NCBI GenBank assembly: GCA_051382335.1
Contig: JBBCAX010000349.1
Span: 8,421 to 72,420 of the forward strand
Source of the DNA: Deltaproteobacteria bacterium TL4
Lineage (GTDB): Bacteria; SAR324; NAC60-12
Direction of reading: 5' to 3'
Length of the DNA: 64,000 nucleotides
The notes under the pieces are model-generated. The model saw only the letters and a list, made by a program, of their open reading frames with translations, was not told where the DNA came from and did not search any database. Numbering within the stretch: the stretch's first letter is position 1; every line of letters begins with the position of its first letter. This document shows, piece after piece, positions 51,201-59,991 of the stretch. The position numbers were made by a program, and so were the translations under genes.

Positions 51201-54200
51201 TCGGCAATTATTTAACCCGTATCCGGGAAATATGCTCAAACATCCCAGTTTACTGCTGAATCCCATGAACTTGAGTCAGACGGAAACTCAAACACAACAA
51301 GCCTCAGAAGGCGAGCCTTTGTACGACCGTGAAGAGGGAAGAGACGTCGCAAATCGTTTATCAAAACAAAGGAGTCTTCCCGTTCCTCAGAATGAAAGTT
51401 TTGTGAACCTCGACTTCCTTTCCAAAACTTCGGTAGTTCTGACCAATTTACGGCCCAATTCTCAAGGGCGCTTGAGTCTGGACCCTCAGCAGTTTGCGGG
51501 GTATTCTCAACTCCACATAGTCGCCGTTGACCCGGAAAACACAGTTTATCGTAAAGTGAAATTGACAGAGGTCCAAAATAATTTTCAGGATGTGCGATTA
51601 CAAACTCCTCTTGAATCTGAAAAACACTATAGTGAACAAAAACAGATTGCGGTGATTCCTGCTGGAAAATTGTTTGTTCTTAAGGATATCAGCACCTCAA
51701 CTTTTGAAGCCTACGACCAGTTGTCTGAAGTTTATCAATTATTTTTGACCTTGAATCCTGACGCAAAATTGACTGAGTTTCAGTTTGTCACCCAATGGCA
51801 GGAGTTGACCAAGGATCAAAAATTAGAAAAATATTCAAAATATGCCAGCCATGAGCTGCATTTCTTTTTATTTAAAAAAGACCCCGTGTTTTTTAATCAG
51901 GTCGTTCATCCTTACCTTCAGCATAAGCAGCATAAAACATTTTTGGATCAGTGGTTTTTAAAAGACGATCTCTCCTCGTATCAACGTTTGTGGCCCTACA
52001 CTCAACTCAATACCGTGGAGCAAATTCTTTTGGCGCAACGAATTCCAGAAGAAGCCAAAGCAACCTTACGGACCATTACAGACCGTTATGATCTGCTGCC
52101 TCCAGATTTGGAGCGGGAGCATTTGTTATTCAAAACGGCTTTATCCCGAAGCTCCTTGGACGTAGGAGGGAAGTTAGGATTTGCGGACGCAAAGCAAAAA
52201 GCGCTTCAAATGAAAAAGGCTTCCCTTCGAGATGAGTTCTCCTCAATAAAGGAAACCGCACCGGCCCCCGCAGGATTTGAAACAGAGGCTGCTTCTGAAG
52301 CAAAGGCAAACAGACCGTCTGCAATGGCACCCCAAATGATGGCCGCGTCTCCGGCCTCGAAAAGAAAAGGGGGCAGAGAAGGGGAACAATTTTACAAAAA
52401 GGAAGAAAAACGGCGACAACTGGTACGACCGTTTTATCGGAAATTGGAAAAAACACAGGAATGGGTTGAAAATAATTATTACAATCTTGTGCCAGAATTA
52501 CAAAACGCGTCTTTGATTCAGGTTAATCGTTTTTGGAAAGATTACGCCAGGCATAACAAAGAGACCTTGTTCCTTTCGAAGTATATAGCAGAAGCTTCCC
52601 TGAACTTTAGCGAAATCATGTTCGCGTTATCAGTCCTTGAGCTTCCAGACAAAGCGGAAGAACATAAAGTGGAATATAAGGGAACCCAAATGGAATTAAC
52701 GGCTAAAAGTCCGATGATTGTATATTACAAAGCCATACAGGAAACGCCTTTGGTTGAAGACAAAGTTCCCCTATTGATCAATCAGCATTATTTCAACTAT
52801 AATGACCGTTATCGTTATGTAAGCAATGAACGTCAGGAAAAATACGTAACGGGTGAGTTTTTGATTCATACAGTTTATGGAACGCAGGTGGTGATCACCA
52901 ATCCTACGGCTTCTCAAAAAAAATTAGATGTCTTGATGCAAATTCCTCAAGGGGCGGTCCCTGTGCTGAATGGCTTTTATACCCGCAGTTTTCACTGGAA
53001 GATTGAGCCTTATTCCACGAAACAGTTTGAATATCATTTTTACTTTCCGAAATCGGGTCTTTATTCCCACTATCCGGCCCATGTCGCGGACAAGGAGCAG
53101 ATTATTGCTTATAGTTCGCCTTCCACAATAAAAGTGGTTGAAAGGCCAACCCAAGTGGACAAGGACTCCTGGAATTACATTTCACAATCTGCTTCTGATG
53201 AAGAAGTATTAGCCTTTCTATATAAAAATAATCTGCATCGCCTTGATTTAAATCGCATCGCTTTTCGGATGCGGAATCAGGAGTTTTTCAAGCAAGTGCT
53301 TGTCTTGTTGGACACCTTTCATGTCTATAACGATACCCTTTGGAGTTATAGTATTTACCATGATGACAAAACCCGATTGAAAGATTATCTCGAACACTCC
53401 AGTTTGCTTCAACAAAGTGGCGAATTTTTGGAGAGCCTCTTAGTCACCATAGATCCCATAGAGCGTAAAACTTATCAACACCGCGAATACTGGCCTCTTG
53501 TGAACGCCAGAGTGCACCAACTGGGATCGAGTCGTCAGCTTCTGAATCAACGTCTATTTCAGCAATATCAAAAGTTCTTGAAAATTATGAGCTACCGGAC
53601 ATCGCTAAACAGCTCAGACTTCATGGCGTTGTCCTATTATATGCTGCTTCAAGGTCGAATAGACAGTGCGCTCGACGCCTATCGTCAGGTTGAGGCTAAA
53701 AAGATCAGCACTCAACTCCAATATGATTATCTAACCGCTTATCTTGCCTTTTATCGCCTGAATTATGAGCAAGCGCACGCCATTGCGACCCGTTATCAGG
53801 AATATCCTGTATTGCGTTGGAAAAACGCTTTTTTAGAGATTCTGCAACAGCTTAAAGAAGCTGGCGGAGAATCAACCTCTGTCGTGAATTCCGAGGATCG
53901 GTCAGAGTTACAAACTCAACTTGCCTCCACGGAACCCAGTTATGATTTTGAAGTGCAGGGCAAACACATGGTGATTCGCTATCAAAACATAAAACAATGC
54001 GGTATTCATTATTATCCGATGGATATTGAACTCTTATTTTCACGAAATCCCTTTGTGAAACAATACTCAGGACAATTTGCTTATGTAACGCCTTCATCCT
54101 CAACAACCCTGTCTCTTCCCAAGGATCAAAAAGAAACAACAGCCGCACTGCCCGCGCAATTCAATAATCAGAATGTGATGATAGAACTGGATTGTCATGG

Positions 54201-54507
54201 TTTGACTCAATCAAAAATGTCTTATTCCCATGCGTTGGTAATACAACTTATAGAAAACTATGGACACCTCGCGGTCACCCATCAAAAAACAGGAAAACCC
54301 CTGCCCATGGTATATATTAAGGTTTATGCTCAAATGAAAGAGGGGGGAGTCCAATTTTACAAAGATGGGTACACGGATATCAGAGGACGTTTTGATTACA
54401 CGTCGCTAAATACGGATGAGTTGGATCAAGTCGATAAATTCGCGTTGTTAGTTTTAAGCAAAACCGACGGAGCAACCATTCGAGAAGCGCATCCACCTAA
54501 ACGCTAA
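48238..54507 (+). CDS. Giant secreted hypothetical protein (2089 aa) with A2M-like motifs and no thioester
   Basis: Signal peptide, helical N-terminus (LIPGTEDYYYYH), MG-like beta segments and C-terminal VTHQKTGKPL..VYIKVY...FYKDGYTDIRGRFDY. GAGG RBS. Confidence 0.85.
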   Translation: MTIRILTAVWTLFWFNIALGNELGFLETFSLASNRQAALKQLIPGTEDYYYYHSLHAQNEGQWDHLAQYLEPWIKRYGYTLQVNEILNRQALFEYPQNPQKSLDYLKRKLGLYFNHQKEVTRQQSNFPSKLDESLIEWNQLLERALTRYQGLQDFENQGIEYLDAGSLDPKRQRQFLQRLETPDYPNLARWIVSDLRFEHSSGFGSHPIHGRLTLSQLQECARQMPELLNHSVFINTYLKRLWPSDDVNWQQNIPEKEAYYDRLWQFVKSLPPSQNSLKAHVLYHRLFHDRSQGVLDKARFTEYIKLPKQSNYANPQYFNHYQNRQFQANLGTNYQEVTQLPPITDDEPLIRDYLQYFFVKAEGYESYRDYFQESYLKALFAETKLLHGVGDAEAWYSLLSPEKVHELQEQVVLQLAPLNKEWFGSQEPVRLSVSVKNVKTLLVKIYQINTLNYYKQNNKEIPLDINLEGLVAKEEKTYPYEEVPLRQVLRHFEFPSLEKSGTAIIEFIGNGKSSRALIRKGRLYFVQKQSASGHEFTLFDERFNLLKSGSIWLSGHHYTADSTGHILVPYTNRPQRTSIILQAKDRATLSHFQHASEAYSLSAGLYVDREHLLRHQKAKVLIKPSLLINNNPISLNLLKNPGLQIETVDHDGVKVLKEVPNIQLFEDQETLYEFQVPPRLSTLQLRLKGEVQNLSQNKTETLEASSIFSFNQLDATSQTEVFYLSQVDDTYRLELLGKSGEAQAGRTVTVQLKHKYFHEMIYALLQTDQNGIIQLGKLLNIDWITANIDQSQSSKPQRFSLEQDHYSYPLSIHAKANSPLSIPYIGPQNTLTRQQVALFEKRGSDLFNNHFERLKLEKGFLEIQGLAPGNYELHLKQARQVIDVRVTQGVEKQDYLLSERRLLQFRERPFLHISDIKATTKQISIQLANYSKFSRVHVIATRFVPDFSVFKPLIPRQTTLSTQQFSQPQSRYHSERRIGDEVQYILDRQLFNPYPGNMLKHPSLLLNPMNLSQTETQTQQASEGEPLYDREEGRDVANRLSKQRSLPVPQNESFVNLDFLSKTSVVLTNLRPNSQGRLSLDPQQFAGYSQLHIVAVDPENTVYRKVKLTEVQNNFQDVRLQTPLESEKHYSEQKQIAVIPAGKLFVLKDISTSTFEAYDQLSEVYQLFLTLNPDAKLTEFQFVTQWQELTKDQKLEKYSKYASHELHFFLFKKDPVFFNQVVHPYLQHKQHKTFLDQWFLKDDLSSYQRLWPYTQLNTVEQILLAQRIPEEAKATLRTITDRYDLLPPDLEREHLLFKTALSRSSLDVGGKLGFADAKQKALQMKKASLRDEFSSIKETAPAPAGFETEAASEAKANRPSAMAPQMMAASPASKRKGGREGEQFYKKEEKRRQLVRPFYRKLEKTQEWVENNYYNLVPELQNASLIQVNRFWKDYARHNKETLFLSKYIAEASLNFSEIMFALSVLELPDKAEEHKVEYKGTQMELTAKSPMIVYYKAIQETPLVEDKVPLLINQHYFNYNDRYRYVSNERQEKYVTGEFLIHTVYGTQVVITNPTASQKKLDVLMQIPQGAVPVLNGFYTRSFHWKIEPYSTKQFEYHFYFPKSGLYSHYPAHVADKEQIIAYSSPSTIKVVERPTQVDKDSWNYISQSASDEEVLAFLYKNNLHRLDLNRIAFRMRNQEFFKQVLVLLDTFHVYNDTLWSYSIYHDDKTRLKDYLEHSSLLQQSGEFLESLLVTIDPIERKTYQHREYWPLVNARVHQLGSSRQLLNQRLFQQYQKFLKIMSYRTSLNSSDFMALSYYMLLQGRIDSALDAYRQVEAKKISTQLQYDYLTAYLAFYRLNYEQAHAIATRYQEYPVLRWKNAFLEILQQLKEAGGESTSVVNSEDRSELQTQLASTEPSYDFEVQGKHMVIRYQNIKQCGIHYYPMDIELLFSRNPFVKQYSGQFAYVTPSSSTTLSLPKDQKETTAALPAQFNNQNVMIELDCHGLTQSKMSYSHALVIQLIENYGHLAVTHQKTGKPLPMVYIKVYAQMKEGGVQFYKDGYTDIRGRFDYTSLNTDELDQVDKFALLVLSKTDGATIREAHPPKR

Positions 54508-54630
54508 AAGATTAGGGGGCAATCCTTCTGTTTGAAAAATCGCTTCAGGTTTCCCGAAGATGTGGTGACCCAACAACATATTCAACGCTGCCGAGTTTAT
54601 CTGCAAAACCCGCCTCCTGAAGAAGGGTGA
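54507..54630 (+). pseudogene. Possible remnant of the C-terminal tail of a class III adenylate/guanylate cyclase-type protein
   Basis: With one stop and one frameshift it reads KD*GAILLFEKSLQV / FPEDVVTQQHIQRCRVYLQNPPPEEG*. Confidence 0.4.
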
Positions 54631-54748
54631 CCTTCCGGTGAAGAAGGGTAGAAGAGGTACATACCTACAGGCTTAAAAGAACCTGTTGTCACTTGTTGTC
54701 AATTGGAAAATTTTTAGTAAAAAACCCGAAAACCGTTGCAAATGCTAG

Positions 54749-54822
54749 TAGCAGGGGGGAGACTTGAACTCCCGACCTCGCGATTATGAATCGCGCGCTC
54801 TAACCAGCTGAGCTATCCTGCC
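54749..54822 (-). tRNA. tRNA(CAT), probably elongator Met
   Basis: GGCAGGATAGCTCAGCTGGTTAGAGCG-CGCGA-TTCATAA-TCGCG...GGGAG-TTCAAGT-CTCCC. Not an initiator. Followed by CTA instead of CCA. Confidence 0.88.
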
Positions 54823-54973
54823 ATAAAAGAGAAAAGACGTAGCGTCGAAAGAAGAACGGGTTATACTTATTTTTTTTCAAAAGGCAATTTATTAATAAGC
54901 ATTTTCACAATTCTTCTTTCGATCTTCTTGATAACTTCAATACCCCCTGTGACTCATCGCGCAAGGAAGCCCA

Positions 54974-55609
54974 TTAACCATATAATCGCTTTTTAACAAA
55001 CTCATGTTCCGCATAGGGGGCTTTAGACAAGTAGTCCCTTAAGTCTCTCAAGGTTTTATAAGGCCATTCCCGTTGTATCAGATTGGCAATCGCTGGAGGA
55101 ATTTTACCCAGAGGGTCGGTATGTATTTCAACGGTAATAGCCGTTTTTCCATTACCGATATCTTTCAAGTAATAGCTACTTTCATGAAGCAGTGCACGTA
55201 CTCCAACTGTATCGGGGGCATCTTCATGTTCCACCGATGTGAGATCCAGCAATACAGACATGTCGTCTTTGTCTACTTCCCATGTCGCTTCAATCACATA
55301 ATCTCTTTTTGCCACAGGAAAGGGAGGTTTGAAGGCTTGATAAATAATTATTGTTTGCTCACTAACACACTCGATTTCTCTGGAGGCAATAATTAAATCA
55401 GTCCACTTCATCCTTCCGTCATGATCCTCCAAGGCATGAGCAATTTGCGCGAGTGGAAAGGAAAACACAGCCTGCCCTTTAAAAGCAAAAATATTGCTAT
55501 TTTCGATGGTTTTATAGTGGACCAGAATCCCATTCTTTTCGTTCACTTCCTTCCAGTCACCTTTGGCAATCATCGCGTTTTTTACAAGACGTCCTAGTAT
55601 TTTTTTCAT
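54974..55609 (-). CDS. START-domain lipid-binding protein
   Basis: W..V.EKNGI.V, PFPVAKRDYV, DP.GKIPPAIAN...WPYKTL. Confidence 0.85.
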   Translation of the reverse strand: MKKILGRLVKNAMIAKGDWKEVNEKNGILVHYKTIENSNIFAFKGQAVFSFPLAQIAHALEDHDGRMKWTDLIIASREIECVSEQTIIIYQAFKPPFPVAKRDYVIEATWEVDKDDMSVLLDLTSVEHEDAPDTVGVRALLHESSYYLKDIGNGKTAITVEIHTDPLGKIPPAIANLIQREWPYKTLRDLRDYLSKAPYAEHEFVKKRLYG

Positions 55610-55625
55610 AATTCATTTTCCCTTT

Positions 55626-56039
55626 CTACTCATCCATTTCACCGAATGCTCTTAAAATATCCCGATCTGTCAAGATCCCGACGAGTTCTCCATTTTCTAC
55701 AACAGGCAAACTGTGAAAACCATTCCACAGCATCTGCTTGGCAGCTTCTTTTAACTGTTGCTCTGGTGTGATCGTAACTGGATTTTCCGTCATCACCTCA
55801 TTTACGGTCTTGGACCGAAGTTCCTCATTGAATTCGCTGTCATTAGACACTCCTTCCAATATGAGTCTGGAGATATTGGAGAAATCTTGGATGGATAGAA
55901 TCCCAACAATCTTTTCATTTGAGTCCACAACAATCAAATGATGAATGGTCATGTCTTCCATCCTGGAAAAAGCTTTAAGAATCAGTTCGTCCGGATGGAC
56001 AGTAATGATATTTACCGACATAAAATCTTTCACCTGCAT
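55626..56039 (-). CDS. CBS-domain pair protein
   Basis: VKDFMS...HHLIVVD...VGILS and VNEVMTENPVTI...SLPVVENGELVGILTDRD. Start ATG 56039. Confidence 0.9.
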   Translation of the reverse strand: MQVKDFMSVNIITVHPDELILKAFSRMEDMTIHHLIVVDSNEKIVGILSIQDFSNISRLILEGVSNDSEFNEELRSKTVNEVMTENPVTITPEQQLKEAAKQMLWNGFHSLPVVENGELVGILTDRDILRAFGEMDE

Positions 56040-56249
56040 AGTAGATCCTTTCCACGGTGTAGTTAATTCTTGGTAATTATAGCGCACTAATATTAGGCCT
56101 ATTGAATCTGAAACTGCGGCAATACGGGGGGAATGCACATGCATCCAAAAAGCTTCAAAGGGCCTTTAATGAAAGGCGCAAAGTAAGTTGATTTTTGGAC
56201 AAAGTCAAAATAATTAAAGGACTTAAATTGAATTGAGTAGAATGAGAAA

Positions 56250-57668
56250 TCAACAGCCTTTATAGACGATCATGAGACATTGAGAAAAATGATTGTCGAA
56301 TTTGTTTAGATTATGCTCGTCTTTGTGTAAGGTGAGTTGATTCTTAACAAACTCGGATAGTTGAAAAAGGTCAACTTTCAGATGGTATTGTTTTTCCAGG
56401 ATTTCTTTCGCAACAATATAATCGTCTTTTCTATATTTTCCAATGGGCCCTGTGTTCATGGTCACCGCTCTGGTGGGATCGTAGAGTTTTTTACTCACGG
56501 GATGCACTGGAGTAAAAGTGGCGACTTCTCCAATAATGAAAACTCCCTTGGCGGTCAGTTGGTTTTCAAAGGCATCGTTAACCCGTTTGATCAGTCCTCC
56601 CGGGAAACAAAACTCCACGGTATTGTATTGATTTCCGTCAGTCGCTCTTTTCGCAATAAACGAACCATAAGGTTGACTTTCAATATCAATGGCTTCTACA
56701 ACTTCTTCAATAAAAGTGGTCGCAAGCTCTCTCACATAAAGCTTTGAGGATACTTTCCCAGCTCGTAAACTTTTCAGAACTTCCTTTTTATTGGGATAGG
56801 AATCTAAAACCTTAATACGATATTTGTATTCATACCAGTGTCCCTCTTTTTTAACATAGCGTCTATCTTCAGGTAACCAAACACTGTCAAACCCGTAGGC
56901 TACCGTCATTACCTCAAATTTATGCGGGTTTTTTAATGGTTTCATCGGATGAAATAGATTATAGAGTGAAGTCGACAGGTGCAAATTGGAAAATTTTTGA
57001 TTCAGTAACGTAACATCAGGCAAACCTGCCTTGGTAAAATCGCTTAACTCCACTTGAAGTTGGAGTTCTTTGAGGGTTTGAGCAAAGTACTCCCAGCGTT
57101 TAGGGTTATTATTGGAGCATAACTCTTTGATTCTAAGTGTTGAATGGTCTTTGAAATGAACGCCGATATATTTCGCTATGGCCGTGTTGAGTGTCCGGTC
57201 AATGACATAAACAATATCCGGTAAGTGAGGACCTGTCGCATAATAAGTACGATTGATATCATTGATGGCACCGGCGCTAAATTCTGCGCGGACCGCGTTG
57301 GAGGTATCCTGAAGACATAATTTTAATAGCTGATGGGGCTCAATGGGATCGCCCAAGGTCTCAGCCTTTTTGATTCGTTTGAGTAATGAGTCACTGACCA
57401 CAAAAAACTGTGCCGGAATCGAATGATCCTGTTTCCCCAGAACTATAAAATTAGAGCCTGCCGGAATATAATACAAATTAATCTGATCCCACTCTTTGGG
57501 AGAAATACAGGTATCTTTCAATGACAGAACGGCGTCCACAGTGATCGGGATGATCCCTGAAATTTTCTCACTTCCTTGTCCTTCTGCGTCAGCCTGAGAC
57601 CTCATTGCCAATTCATTGGTTTCTACTCGGTATATTCTGAGTAATATTTTTTGAAGCATTGATCGCAT
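56250..57668 (-). CDS. Hypothetical protein, possibly a divergent class I SAM-methyltransferase-like fold
   Basis: 472-aa ORF. The order YYATGP...IKELCS...VELSDF...VAYGFDSV...GVFIIGE is loosely MTase-like. Confidence 0.6.
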   Translation of the reverse strand: MRSMLQKILLRIYRVETNELAMRSQADAEGQGSEKISGIIPITVDAVLSLKDTCISPKEWDQINLYYIPAGSNFIVLGKQDHSIPAQFFVVSDSLLKRIKKAETLGDPIEPHQLLKLCLQDTSNAVRAEFSAGAINDINRTYYATGPHLPDIVYVIDRTLNTAIAKYIGVHFKDHSTLRIKELCSNNNPKRWEYFAQTLKELQLQVELSDFTKAGLPDVTLLNQKFSNLHLSTSLYNLFHPMKPLKNPHKFEVMTVAYGFDSVWLPEDRRYVKKEGHWYEYKYRIKVLDSYPNKKEVLKSLRAGKVSSKLYVRELATTFIEEVVEAIDIESQPYGSFIAKRATDGNQYNTVEFCFPGGLIKRVNDAFENQLTAKGVFIIGEVATFTPVHPVSKKLYDPTRAVTMNTGPIGKYRKDDYIVAKEILEKQYHLKVDLFQLSEFVKNQLTLHKDEHNLNKFDNHFSQCLMIVYKGC

Positions 57669-57783
57669 ATACCGTGACTGAATTTAACCTGTGAATGTTC
57701 AGTGATATACGCCTCCAGTTGATTCCAATAGCCCTTGTCATTCCGAATTCCTTTACAGTGTATACAGAGGGATATAACTCAGC

Positions 57784-58491
57784 TTATATCAAATTACCAA
57801 GGATTTCACCTAAAAGCAGATCCGGCTCAATCGCATCTGAAAGCGCTTCAATTTCCAGGGTCTGGGTTGAAGAAGAAGCCACAGGCCAAGAGAGGGAAGT
57901 GGTGGGACTCTTTTGAGGCCAAACTTTCAATAAGGACATTTGCCCCGTCGAGTCGTCCTGATTAGTGGAAGAGGTGTGGGTGCGAATGACCTGTAGAATC
58001 CGCTGAATCTGATCGGGTTTATGGATTTGCCCTAAAATAAAGGCTTGATACTGCGCCAAGAGTGCGGGACCTTGCTGGTGGTAAAGGGAAAACCACTTCT
58101 GCGGTTTTTGAGCTGAAGCCACTAAATGACCGCTGAAGAGCGGCATGTAATCATCAGGCGGAAGTCCTTCCCAAGTAACCAGGTAACTTCCTTGAAAACA
58201 TTGCTCCAGCTTACCAAACTTCTCAAGCAAAACAGGATAGAGTTCCGTGTTCGATTTTTCTTCAAGAATTCGGGCTAAATGGTCCAAGCGATGTTGATCC
58301 TCCCATGTTTCTACACAGTGTATTTCACATTCACGCCGGACATGACAGACGGGGCAAAAAAATTCCGATTTATTTTGAAATACGATCACCTGCGATTTTG
58401 GTCCCACACGTTTCCCCTGCTGAGAGGTTGTCGCTTTTTTCTGTGCTTGAGGGCACAGCGTTTCATTCTTATTTCTGAAGAAGGTCTGCAA
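57784..58491 (-). CDS. Hypothetical protein with CPVC...C motif downstream of miaB
   Basis: 235-aa ORF overlapping the miaB stop. Start uncertain. Confidence 0.55.
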   Translation of the reverse strand: MQTFFRNKNETLCPQAQKKATTSQQGKRVGPKSQVIVFQNKSEFFCPVCHVRRECEIHCVETWEDQHRLDHLARILEEKSNTELYPVLLEKFGKLEQCFQGSYLVTWEGLPPDDYMPLFSGHLVASAQKPQKWFSLYHQQGPALLAQYQAFILGQIHKPDQIQRILQVIRTHTSSTNQDDSTGQMSLLKVWPQKSPTTSLSWPVASSSTQTLEIEALSDAIEPDLLLGEILGNLI

Positions 58492-59824
58492 TCAATGAAT
58501 ACTGCCGTCGACCAACAATCGTAACCTCCGCTAAAGTTCCAACTGGCAGTTGAGCCTTCTGAATCGCAACCGAGTGATTTCCCCTGGACCGCCCAGTCGA
58601 ACATTCAGGGACTCGTGGATGAGCTCCTTCAACAAGGACTTCCTGGACAGAACCCACCATCCGTTGAAATTTCTGTGCAATAAGACGTTCATAGGCTTCC
58701 AAAACCAGACTGAGGCGATCCGCTTTCACAGGTTCAGGTACTTGATTTTCAAGTTTGGAAGCTGGTGTTCCGGGTCTCGGCGAATATTTAAACGCATAAA
58801 TCTGGTCAAACTCCACCGTTTCAACAGCGCGCATCGTTTCACTAAAATCTTCGTCTGATTCTCCAGGAAACCCAACAATCAAATCGGTAGAGATGGCGGC
58901 GTTCGGAACATACTTCTTCAAAAGATCCACTTTTCCCAGGTATTCCTCCAAAGTATAACGACGGCGCATCTGACGGAGGACCTGATTGGATCCTGCTTGT
59001 AAAGGGAGATGCATGTGTTCACAAACAGAAGGCAGTTTCTGAATCGCTTTTGCCAGTGATTCATCAAAATCTTTGGGATGTGGAGAGATAAACCGAAGCC
59101 GCTTTAAGCCTTCAATGGTGTCCAGTCTCGATAATAATTCAACAAAATCTACGCCTTGCGACTGATAGGAGTTTACATTTTGCCCTAACAAACAAATTTC
59201 TTGAATCCCTTCCGCAACCAGGTGTTCTACTTCCTTGTGGATATGCTGGGGTTCCCGGCTGACTTCCAAGCCCCGTGTTACCGGGACAATACAGAAAGTA
59301 CAGAAGTTATTGCACCCTTTGGTGATTGAAATATGCGCTTTGATTCCAGCAGGTTTCACTTGTTCAAAGCTAAAATCAGGAATGAAATTCTGCGCTTGAT
59401 GTTGATGCCGTTTCCTTTCCGTTTGAACAACACGTTCCCCTCGACGGACACTTTCCAGCATTTGCGGAAGATCAAACAGATTATCAGTTCCAAAGACCAA
59501 ATCGACATCCGGACTTCTACGCAGCAATTTTATCCCTTCTTGCTGAGCAACACAACCTCCGACACCAATCACCAGAGCGGGATTCTTTTTTTTCAGTTTG
59601 CGTAACCGGCCAAGAAGGCTATAAACTTTTTGCTCCGCTTTGTCACGAACAGAACAGGTGTTGACCAGAATTAAATCAGCCTCCTCACTGTGAGGTGTAG
59701 AGGCAAAATTTTCACGACGTAAAACCTCAAACATTTTTTGGGTGTCGTGTTCGTTCATCTGACAGCCAAACGTTTGGATATAAACTTTTTTGGGCGCAGT
59801 TTGGGAAGTTTGAGACAGAGGCAT
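58469..59824 (-). CDS. miaB: tRNA methylthiotransferase MiaB
   Basis: TFGCQMNEHD, NTCSVRDKAE, GCVAQ, radical SAM CNNFCTFC, DLIVGFPGE, YSPRPGTPA and a TRAM tail. Confidence 0.95.
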   Translation of the reverse strand: MPLSQTSQTAPKKVYIQTFGCQMNEHDTQKMFEVLRRENFASTPHSEEADLILVNTCSVRDKAEQKVYSLLGRLRKLKKKNPALVIGVGGCVAQQEGIKLLRRSPDVDLVFGTDNLFDLPQMLESVRRGERVVQTERKRHQHQAQNFIPDFSFEQVKPAGIKAHISITKGCNNFCTFCIVPVTRGLEVSREPQHIHKEVEHLVAEGIQEICLLGQNVNSYQSQGVDFVELLSRLDTIEGLKRLRFISPHPKDFDESLAKAIQKLPSVCEHMHLPLQAGSNQVLRQMRRRYTLEEYLGKVDLLKKYVPNAAISTDLIVGFPGESDEDFSETMRAVETVEFDQIYAFKYSPRPGTPASKLENQVPEPVKADRLSLVLEAYERLIAQKFQRMVGSVQEVLVEGAHPRVPECSTGRSRGNHSVAIQKAQLPVGTLAEVTIVGRRQYSLIADLLQK

Positions 59825-59991
59825 AATATTTAAGAGATGAGATAGTCCACTTAAAAAGTTTCTTTTAAAAGAGAGGGAAGGGTACAACTGCCTTGATTCA
59901 AAGGCAAGTATTTTCAATCACAAATCGAAGAGGGAAAGAAGCTTTCTCTTCGGCTTTTGCCCAGAGAAAGCCTCAAGCCTGAGATGAATGT

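Noticed and set aside
47900..54822. Genomic island integrated at tRNA-Met
   Set aside because: No integrase and no duplicated tRNA 3' end (att) found in the window.
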